Positions 57,453 to 64,000 of a stretch of DNA of 64,000 nucleotides are shown piece by piece. The stretch comes from Nanobdellota archaeon (lineage in GTDB: Archaea > Nanobdellota > Nanobdellia > Pacearchaeales > GW2011-AR1). Numbering within the stretch: the stretch's first letter is position 1; every line of letters starts with the position of its first letter. The stretch covers positions 4,597 through 68,596 of the forward strand of contig JAKLDD010000002.1 of assembly GCA_022703705.1 (NCBI GenBank). Reading direction: 5' to 3'. The position numbers and the translations under genes are program-made. The notes under the pieces are model-generated. The model saw nothing but the letters and a program-made list of their open reading frames with translations, did not search any database and had not been told where the DNA came from.

Positions 57453-58676
57453 ATGGTAGAAATAATCAAAGGGGTGTTTGCAGATCTACATATTCATTCG
57501 AGATTTTCAAGAGCGTGTAGCAAAGATATTACAATAGAAAATCTAGAAAAATGGGGTAAAATAAAAGGATTAGGGTTAATTGGAACAGGAGATTTTACTC
57601 ATCCCTTATGGCTTAAGGAATTAAAAGAAAATTTAGAAGAAAAAAATGGGATTTTATATTCAAAAAATGGATTTAAATTTATCTTAACAGGTGAAATAAG
57701 CTTAATGTATACTCAAGGAAGAGGAAGAAGAGTGCATTTGGTATTATTAGTTCCTAATTTTGAAATTGCAGATAAAATAAATTCATATTTGGATACAAAA
57801 GGAAGAAGAGATTATGATGGGAGACCAATATTCAAAATTTCATGTGAACAATTTGCAAGGGATTTAAGGGAAATTTCAGATAAAATAGAGATAATTCCCG
57901 CACATGTTTGGACTCCATGGTTTGGAATTTTTGGAAGTTCAACAGGTTTTGATAGTTTAAAAGAAGCATTTGGAAATGAGGAAAAAAATATACATGCAAT
58001 TGAGACTGGAATGTCCAGTAATCCAGAAATGAATTGGCATCTTTCTGAATTAAATAATAAAGCAATTGTTTCTTTTTCAGATTCTCATAGCTTTTGGCCC
58101 TGGAGAATGGGGAGAGAGGCAACTATTTTTGAAAAAATTGAAAGTTTTCAAGATATAATTAATGCAATAAGAGAAAATAAAATTCTTGGAACAATTGAAA
58201 CAGAGCCGGCATATGGAAAATATCATTGGGATGGGCATATTGATTGTAATTTTTCAAGCCCCCCAGAAGAAACAAAAAAAATAAATGGGATTTGCCCTAT
58301 TTGTGGAAAACCACTTGTTATAGGTGTTGCAAACAGAGTTAATGAAATTGGTAATCAGGATATAACTAAAAATATTAATAAAAAAAAATATTACACTTTG
58401 CTGCCTTTACATGAGCTGATTGCATTTGCTATTTCTTCAAAATTAGAAAATAAAAAGACTTGGGAGATTTACAATAATCTTATTGAAAAATTTGAAAATG
58501 AATTTAATATTTTGCTTAATGTCTCTAAAGAAAATTTAATCAATGAATTAAAAGATAACGAAAAGCTGGTTAAGCTTATTCTAGAGAATAGGGAAGGGAA
58601 GATTAAAGTTAAGCCAGGGTATGATGGAAAATATGGGGAGATGATTGGGGGTGAAAAACAAGTGAAGTTGTTTTAG
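57453..58676 (+). CDS. endonuclease Q-like PHP-domain nuclease (TIGR00375 family)
   Basis: FADLHIHSRFSRA, LIGTGDFTHPLW, IPAHVWTPWF, FSDSHS, GKYHWDGH, Zn motif CPICGKPL, C-terminal PGYDGKYGE. Confidence 0.8.
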   Translation: MVEIIKGVFADLHIHSRFSRACSKDITIENLEKWGKIKGLGLIGTGDFTHPLWLKELKENLEEKNGILYSKNGFKFILTGEISLMYTQGRGRRVHLVLLVPNFEIADKINSYLDTKGRRDYDGRPIFKISCEQFARDLREISDKIEIIPAHVWTPWFGIFGSSTGFDSLKEAFGNEEKNIHAIETGMSSNPEMNWHLSELNNKAIVSFSDSHSFWPWRMGREATIFEKIESFQDIINAIRENKILGTIETEPAYGKYHWDGHIDCNFSSPPEETKKINGICPICGKPLVIGVANRVNEIGNQDITKNINKKKYYTLLPLHELIAFAISSKLENKKTWEIYNNLIEKFENEFNILLNVSKENLINELKDNEKLVKLILENREGKIKVKPGYDGKYGEMIGGEKQVKLF

Positions 58677-58718
58677 AGTATAATAATCCTTAAAAGTAGA
58701 TTCTTATTTTGTTTTTTT

Positions 58719-59066
58719 ATGAAAACATTCAAACCATTTGAAGATTTACATTTTGCAAAGATGAAAGTTAATGATAAATATGTTTTAATTCATACTGCTT
58801 TTAGTGATAAATTATTATCTCCTTCAACATCACAATTTTTTTTCAATTTAGATTATAATAGTTTTAGCAAGTATTTGCAAGGAGCATGTTTTGGAAAAGA
58901 TGATAAAAAAATTCATTTATATAATGGGATACCAGAAAACATTAAACAAAGTGATTTTTTTCCAGATAAAAGATTTTCTTGTTTAGAAAAAGGAAATTTA
59001 ATAAAACTTCTTTTAGATACCGGATTAAATGAAGATTTTGGCAATTCTATAAAAACAATAAAATAA
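58719..59066 (+). CDS. hypothetical protein (115 aa)
   Basis: ORF with no recognised motif. Confidence 0.5.
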   Translation: MKTFKPFEDLHFAKMKVNDKYVLIHTAFSDKLLSPSTSQFFFNLDYNSFSKYLQGACFGKDDKKIHLYNGIPENIKQSDFFPDKRFSCLEKGNLIKLLLDTGLNEDFGNSIKTIK

Positions 59067-59219
59067 TTATCTTCTTCTTACAATATTTGAATTGCTAGGA
59101 GGAGCATCTCTGATTTTTATAAATTTATAATGGGCATCTTTTGTTTTTATCCTATTTATTTCTTCTTTTAATGTGTAAATTTTTTTTCCTTCAGAATCAA
59201 TGTAGAATTTAAGTTTCAT
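59067..59219 (-). CDS. nop10: Nop10-like H/ACA RNP protein (50 aa), Cys-less; not in the ORF track
   Basis: Hand translation: MKLKFYIDSEGKKIYTLKEEINRIKTKDAHYKFIKIRDAPPSNSNIVRRR*. LKFYIDSEGKKIYTLK resembles eukaryotic Nop10 LQYYLNEQGDRVYTLK (from memory). ATGA overlap with the upstream gene. Conserved aIF2alpha-Nop10 neighbourhood. Confidence 0.6.
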   Translation of the reverse strand: MKLKFYIDSEGKKIYTLKEEINRIKTKDAHYKFIKIRDAPPSNSNIVRRR

Positions 59220-59605
59220 CCTAGTCCAAAGATATATCCTTTTAATCTTGGTGGGAGTTTCTTTCTTAAATGTTTTTCAATTTCTTTTGGATTTATCCAC
59301 CTTAATTCTGTAACATTTTTACCTGGTTTTTCTTCTCCTTCTGTAGCTTCACATAAAAAATAAATACGAAGGGCTTGCTTATCTTTTAATCTATTTTCTG
59401 CATAAACTGCTCCAAGATTATGGACAATGTATCCTGTTTTTTCTTTTGCAACCCTTTTTAGTCCAATATCCAGCTCCTCATCATATTTTAAATCCCCTTC
59501 CAAGAAACTTAAATATCTGTCTCCCTGATTTTTTCCAACTAAAATCTTTCTTGCTGCTGGATTGAACATTATTCCAATGATTTTTACTCTAAATTTGTCT
59601 TCCAT
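59216..59605 (-). CDS. Nudix-fold protein with degenerate Nudix box
   Basis: GDLKYDEELDIGLKRVAKEKTGY versus the consensus Gx5Ex7REUxEExGU. Two of the three box Glu residues are replaced (REU to RVA, EE to EK). Confidence 0.55.
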   Translation of the reverse strand: MEDKFRVKIIGIMFNPAARKILVGKNQGDRYLSFLEGDLKYDEELDIGLKRVAKEKTGYIVHNLGAVYAENRLKDKQALRIYFLCEATEGEEKPGKNVTELRWINPKEIEKHLRKKLPPRLKGYIFGLG

Positions 59606-59619
59606 TTTTATATTTTTAC

Positions 59620-60327
59620 TTATTTTTCCTTTAATTCAAAATATGCCCCTAATTCTTTTGTTTTTTGCTCTATTTTTTCAATAAAGTTTTTTAGTTCTTG
59701 GTCTCCTTTTTTAGCATCTTCACTTTCTATCTTAAGGGAGTATTTTCCTGCTGCTAAGTACTTAATTTCAATGTTCTCTGGTTTTTTAAGTATTTCCTTT
59801 ATCAATTCAACCCCCCTTGGTTCTGTTGTTCTTAGCAATATTATTTTCTTTATTATTGTCTTTTTTTTCTTTTGTTCTTTAAGAATATTTAATATTTTTT
59901 TAGAATCTTCTTTTCCAACAAGATTTTCCAGTTCTTTTGGATTTTCTTTTGCCTCTTGTAGAAAAGTGGATAATCTCTCTTTTTTTAAAATTTCTTCAAG
60001 CACCTTATCAGTTTTTTCTTTTAAAATACTTTTTAAAATACTATTGTAACTTTTTTCTTGATTATGAATTTCCAATACTTCTTTTTTTTCTTTCTGAGTT
60101 ACTCTTCTTAATGAAAGAGAAATTGTTTCTCCACTTGTTCTTAATACTTTGCAAACTATTCTTTTTTTTGGTATTACATACTCCCTTAAATTTCTTATTC
60201 TACCAGGAGCAATTTCACTCAAAATTATGCTCCCCCTTTTTTCTTCATTGTCTATTACTACAAAAACAACTGTTCCAACTATTTTTTCTACAGTGCACAA
60301 TACTATTTCTCCTTCTTCTAATGCCAT
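59620..60327 (-). CDS. translation initiation factor aIF-2 alpha
   Basis: S1 domain EEGEIVLCTVEKIVGTVVFV..GSIILSEIAPGRIRNLREYV..IVCKVLR..ISLSLRRV. Confidence 0.75.
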   Translation of the reverse strand: MALEEGEIVLCTVEKIVGTVVFVVIDNEEKRGSIILSEIAPGRIRNLREYVIPKKRIVCKVLRTSGETISLSLRRVTQKEKKEVLEIHNQEKSYNSILKSILKEKTDKVLEEILKKERLSTFLQEAKENPKELENLVGKEDSKKILNILKEQKKKKTIIKKIILLRTTEPRGVELIKEILKKPENIEIKYLAAGKYSLKIESEDAKKGDQELKNFIEKIEQKTKELGAYFELKEK

Positions 60328-60367
60328 AATTTAACAAGAAATAATCTGGTTTTAAAGGTTATCTTTT

Positions 60368-61708
60368 TTAAATTTTCACCAATTCAACTTCTAAATTTTT
60401 TTTAAGCAAATCAATAAATTCATTTTCTTTTTCTTGGTCAATTATACACCCTGCAGCATGTTCATGCCCCCCAATTTCTCCCCCAATAACATCGATGGTT
60501 TTGCTAAGAAGTTCTCGGATATTTCTTCCTTCTTTTCCAGCTGTTCTTGCAGAGACTTTTATTTTATTTTCAAAATATGCCATTGTTGTTATAATTGTGC
60601 CTTCTTCATATATTGCAGAATTTGAGATTATGCTGGCAATTGTGCCTATCATAGTATCTTTTACCCTATCTCTAGCATTTATTATTACAAATCCTTTTCC
60701 GGATATTTTTTCTGTTTCTGTTATATAATTTAATCCTGTTATAAGATTTTGTTTGTATTTTATATGGGTAAGTTCAGCATTCTTTTTTGCAGCAGATATC
60801 TCCAAGCAGTATTGGACTGCAAGTTCTGGTTTTCCAGAACGGGAGCAAGCATTTATTACTGCACTTAAATCTCTTGCATCTTCCAATTTATTAAACATTT
60901 TTATAAGAAAAATATCCCCCACCAACTCCTTGCTCTTTATTTTTGCATTCCTAAGAAGAATAGCAGTGGTTAGTTTTTCCATTTCTTTTTCATTGAGTTC
61001 AATTAGACTCTTATATTTTCCATTTTCAGGAGTTATTCCCACTTCCCTAAGCAATTCAAGCACTCCTTTAATATTTCCTGTTACTTCTGGAATATAGGGG
61101 TTTGAAGAATATTCAAGAACACGATTTATCGGACGAGTTGAAGGATAGATTAAAAGTCCTCTTTTTCTCTGAACTCCGCTTTCTTCAAGAATTCCATGGT
61201 TTAAGAAATCTATTTCTTTTTCCAAGCAATCTCCAATCATTCCTAAAACAGCAAGTTTTGCAAGTTCTTTATATTCCTTATTTTTTTCTTTGCAAAACAA
61301 GTATGCAAGTCCAGAGGCGCTTATTTTTTGTTTACCCTCCAAGTGAGGATTTATTATTTTTACATTTTCAGGAAGGATTTTTGAAGTTAATTCATGATGG
61401 TCAATTATAAAAACTTCTTTTAATTTTGCTTTTTCAATATGTCTAAGACTCCCAGAAGCTAAATCTAAAAACAGAATTATTTTGTCTTTAGGAAGTTCTT
61501 CTATAAATTGCTCATTTAAACTTTTTACAATTTTAAGAGAAAATCTTTTATCTAATTTTTTTAATGTAGAGACAACTATGCTGGCAGAGGTAATACCATC
61601 TGTATCAAAATGGCTCACTATGCAAACTTCTTGATTATTTATCTTTTCGAAGAATTCTTCTGAAATCGCGTTAATTTCTTTTTCAAATTTCTCTTCTCCT
61701 CTTTTCAT
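60368..61708 (-). CDS. DHH-family phosphoesterase (archaeal RecJ/GAN/Cdc45-like)
   Basis: VSHFDTDGITSA, LDLASG, FIIDHH, GGHEHAAG (DHHA1). Confidence 0.8.
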   Translation of the reverse strand: MKRGEEKFEKEINAISEEFFEKINNQEVCIVSHFDTDGITSASIVVSTLKKLDKRFSLKIVKSLNEQFIEELPKDKIILFLDLASGSLRHIEKAKLKEVFIIDHHELTSKILPENVKIINPHLEGKQKISASGLAYLFCKEKNKEYKELAKLAVLGMIGDCLEKEIDFLNHGILEESGVQRKRGLLIYPSTRPINRVLEYSSNPYIPEVTGNIKGVLELLREVGITPENGKYKSLIELNEKEMEKLTTAILLRNAKIKSKELVGDIFLIKMFNKLEDARDLSAVINACSRSGKPELAVQYCLEISAAKKNAELTHIKYKQNLITGLNYITETEKISGKGFVIINARDRVKDTMIGTIASIISNSAIYEEGTIITTMAYFENKIKVSARTAGKEGRNIRELLSKTIDVIGGEIGGHEHAAGCIIDQEKENEFIDLLKKNLEVELVKI

Positions 61709-61727
61709 TTTTAGTTTAAGAATTTAT

Positions 61728-62075
61728 TTACTCTTTTTTTAGATATTTTTTTATTTTTCTAATCTGAGAGAATACTCTACTTCTTTCCCTCATAGCTCTT
61801 TTATCTTGTTTATTCTTTTTAGAATGTTGTTCTATTCTGGTTAATTTTCTTTCAGTATTTTTTAATTCAGGATCAACATATTTTTTGCCCAAAATTTTAG
61901 ATATTTTTTTATTATATTCTTTTGGATGAATTCCCTGCTTTTTTAGTTCTTCCCCTATTTTTTCAGCAGTTAATCCTTTATCAGACAATTCTATTATTTT
62001 TTTTTCATATTCTTCTAGGCTTAATTTTTTCTGTTTTTCTTCTGATTCTTCATTTTTTTCCATTTTTTTTGGCAT
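61728..62075 (-). CDS. rps15: 30S ribosomal protein S15 (uS15/S13e type)
   Basis: LTRIEQHSKKNKQDKRAMRERSRVFSQIRKIKKYL. The S15/RecJ-like gene pair is conserved in archaea. Confidence 0.75.
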   Translation of the reverse strand: MPKKMEKNEESEEKQKKLSLEEYEKKIIELSDKGLTAEKIGEELKKQGIHPKEYNKKISKILGKKYVDPELKNTERKLTRIEQHSKKNKQDKRAMRERSRVFSQIRKIKKYLKKE

Positions 62076-62209
62076 CTTAGTATTTCGTAAAGGGGTTTTT
62101 TAAAGCTTGTTGTTTTCTTTGGAGTGATTATATAATCTATTATTTTTAATCATCATTTTTAATTTCAAAAGCCTTTTAAATTCCTTAAAGTTGCTTTTAT
62201 AGTGCAAAA

Positions 62210-62302
62210 AGCCCCATAGTACAGTGGTCAAGTATACGGCCCTTTGGTGTTATTAAGTAATGGAGAAAGGCCGGGACCTCGGTTCGAATCCGAGTGGGGC
62301 TA
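62210..62302 (+). tRNA. tRNA-Gln (anticodon TTG at 62244-62246) with a 20-nt intron at the canonical 37/38 position (62248-62267)
   Basis: Hand-folded: acceptor AGCCCCA/TGGGGCT (A1-U72, typical of archaeal tRNA-Gln), D-arm GTAC AGTGGTCAA GTAT, anticodon stem CGGCC/GGCCG interrupted by tgttattaagtaatggagaa, T-arm CTCGG TTCGAAT CCGAG. Confidence 0.85.
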
Positions 62303-62312
62303 TTTGAAATAA

Positions 62313-63269
62313 TCAATCCTTTAATTTTATGTTCAATTTTCTAAATAAAAAGAACATAAACATGGAGATCACAATCATAAAAACAATCGCCCAAACCCAG
62401 ATATTCATATCATTTTGAAAAGGCAATTTTATGTTCATTCCATAAAAACCGGTTATAAGGGTAAGCGGCATCATAATCGCCATGATTACAGTTAAATTTC
62501 TCATTGTTTCATTTAATCTATTTGATGTTATTGATTGATATGCATTCCTCATACCATTTATTCTTCCAAGCATGCTTTTTAGTGATTCTGTTGTTTTAAA
62601 AGAGTGGTCATATACATCGCGAAAATATGGAAGTAGATTTTCTGAAATGTAATTGTCAGTAGGTTTTGTTAAGTATAAACAAAGGTCAGTAACAGATTCC
62701 ATTAATTGCCTTGTTTCTAAAATCATCAATTCTTTTTTAAACAATTCTTTTAAACTTTCTTTTTCAGAATTATTTATAAAATTTCTTTCTAATTGTTTAA
62801 ATCCTTCAAAAATCTCAGATTTTATTCTTACAGCTTTATCAACTTCTTTATCTAAAATATAGTGGAGAACATAATCTTTCCCTTTTTTTATAAGATGCTC
62901 TAACTTTTTTGGATTATTTATTAAATAGTCTATATTTCCATTTTTCTCAAAATGAGAGGTTATTAAATAATTTTCCCCGAATATAAAAGAAAGATTATAG
63001 GTTATTATGTTTAAAGCTTCAAATTTATCTATTCCCTGAAATATTATCGCAGTATTCTCTTCGAATTCTTCATATTTTATTCTTGTTTGATTTGACAAAA
63101 TATCCTCTTCTGCTGTTGGATGAATATCAAAAAAATCTTTTATCACATCAACCTCTTTTGAATTGGAGCAGTCTAAATCCACCCAATAAGTTATTTTTTG
63201 GCTTTTTTTTAATTTATCTGGCTGGATTTCTTCTAATTTATTTTTTTGAAATGAAAAAATTCTAATCAT
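62313..63269 (-). CDS. corA: CorA-family magnesium/cobalt transporter
   Basis: C-terminal two TM with GFYGMNIKLPF (GMN motif). Confidence 0.9.
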   Translation of the reverse strand: MIRIFSFQKNKLEEIQPDKLKKSQKITYWVDLDCSNSKEVDVIKDFFDIHPTAEEDILSNQTRIKYEEFEENTAIIFQGIDKFEALNIITYNLSFIFGENYLITSHFEKNGNIDYLINNPKKLEHLIKKGKDYVLHYILDKEVDKAVRIKSEIFEGFKQLERNFINNSEKESLKELFKKELMILETRQLMESVTDLCLYLTKPTDNYISENLLPYFRDVYDHSFKTTESLKSMLGRINGMRNAYQSITSNRLNETMRNLTVIMAIMMPLTLITGFYGMNIKLPFQNDMNIWVWAIVFMIVISMFMFFLFRKLNIKLKD

Positions 63270-63313
63270 CTTAAAATCATTTAAAAGGGGTATTTAAATT
63301 TTTTTGAGAAAAA

Positions 63314-64000
63314 TTATTCTAAATTTAATGAATCATAGATGTAATTTCCCAAATCAATTGTTATTGCTTTTTTACTTTTAGAAATATCAACCCCAATATA
63401 ATCCATATTAAATTCTCCTTTTTTTAAAGAGGTAATTATAAACTCATTTATTAAATTTGAAATTTTTAAACTTTCTTCTATAACATACTCATCTGTGGAG
63501 CTGGGTCCTGCAAATTTACTTTCATTATACTTGCTAGAATGCAAATGGAAATATCCAATTTTCTTTGAGCAATATGCTTCCAGAGAAACAGAATACCCTT
63601 CATTATTGGAAGTGTCCTTAGCTGCTTTTTTTTCTTCATTACCTGCACTTTCTATGCTCCTTAAATTTATTTTGTTATTTTCTTTAAATTCCACTATTCC
63701 CCCTTTTTCTGAATAATTGTCTATTAAATCTTCCTGGATTATATTTCTAATATTATTTACAAAAGAAGAATCTTTAAGCGCATCTAACATTAGATAAATT
63801 GCCTTTTTTTGTTTTAAGGAGAGATTATTTATTTGATTATAATGCTCATTAACTGGATTATCTTTTCTATAGGTATGATCTCTTTTTTTTAAAGTAGATA
63901 TTATGGAATCTTCCAAATTTTTTTCATTATTAAATATTTTAATAGATTTAGTGTGCTCATAGAGATATTCTTCCTCTTTTTTATTTATATCTGCTATTAC
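63314..64000 (-). CDS. hypothetical protein with JAB/MPN-like metalloprotease motif (5' end outside window)
   Basis: The frame stays open upstream of the track TTG start to the window edge (..VIADINKKEEEYLYEHTKSIKIFNNEKNLEDSII..). Motif FHLHSSKYNESKFAGPSSTD resembles JAMM HxH..S-x2-D. Confidence 0.4.
   Translation of the reverse strand, partial: VIADINKKEEEYLYEHTKSIKIFNNEKNLEDSIISTLKKRDHTYRKDNPVNEHYNQINNLSLKQKKAIYLMLDALKDSSFVNNIRNIIQEDLIDNYSEKGGIVEFKENNKINLRSIESAGNEEKKAAKDTSNNEGYSVSLEAYCSKKIGYFHLHSSKYNESKFAGPSSTDEYVIEESLKISNLINEFIITSLKKGEFNMDYIGVDISKSKKAITIDLGNYIYDSLNLE

Noticed and set aside
60434-61410. Four plus-strand ORFs antisense to the DHH/RecJ-like gene, and similar antisense ORFs in aIF2alpha (59771..60334)
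   Set aside because: They overlap motif-bearing genes on the other strand and have no motifs of their own.
62076-62209. C/D-box sRNA upstream of tRNA-Gln (ATGATGA on the minus strand at 62150-62156)
   Set aside because: No CTGA D or D' box lies within the expected 50-70 nt downstream.

Overview
Visibly AT-rich archaeal chromosome segment. The information-processing genes are archaeal: Rpo3/Rpo4, L18e, aEF-1beta, aIF-2alpha, Nop10, Orc1/Cdc6, PolD DP1+DP2, RadA, EndoQ, Hef/XPF and a RecJ/GAN-like DHH protein. PolD excludes Crenarchaeota. The small, divergent proteins suggest a reduced DPANN-like lineage, but that is inference.

Layout:
(1) 1-3.2 kb: rpoF-DUF655-S13-S4-S11-rpoD operon.
(2) 3.2-11.1 kb: an ~8 kb insertion in the normally contiguous rpoD/L18e cluster. 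It carries minus-strand secreted, lipoprotein and small membrane genes, plus a 3-gene operon ending in a HerA/FtsK-superfamily ATPase fused to a wHTH.
(3) 11.1-12.5 kb: tRNA-Leu, L18e, L13, S9.
(4) 12.5-19.3 kb: a repeat-dense recombination/regulatory region. It holds xerA translationally coupled to a stand-alone serine-recombinase 'Recombinase'-domain gene, a 28-bp dif-like site with 20/28 identity to E. coli dif, extra Xer half-sites, a 12-bp palindrome iteron array that continues into coding sequence, and two convergent paralogous coiled-coil/wHTH genes.
(5) 19.3-19.8 kb: a predicted oriC with three ORB-like boxes flanking an AT-rich DUE, followed by cdc6-DP1-HD-DP2.
(6) 27-39 kb: housekeeping genes, including an ArmA/RmtB-like 16S rRNA methyltransferase homolog and a split Hef.
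(7) 39.5-53.1 kb: a large type IV pilus-like locus. It has a long FlaI/PilB-type ATPase, a 734-aa PilC/FlaJ-like platform protein, at least 8 proteins with class III signal peptides, paralogous polytopic membrane proteins, a prepilin peptidase, and a hairpin/repeat array between the ATPase and platform genes.
(8) 53-64 kb: housekeeping genes (aEF-1beta, RPA-like, RadA, Ndk, EndoQ, an unannotated Nop10, aIF-2alpha, RecJ-like, S15, intron-containing tRNA-Gln, CorA).

The best candidates for undescribed biology are the pilus-like locus, the Xer/dif/iteron module next to oriC, and the ATPase-wHTH operon island. All homology calls come from reading motifs by eye; no database search was run.
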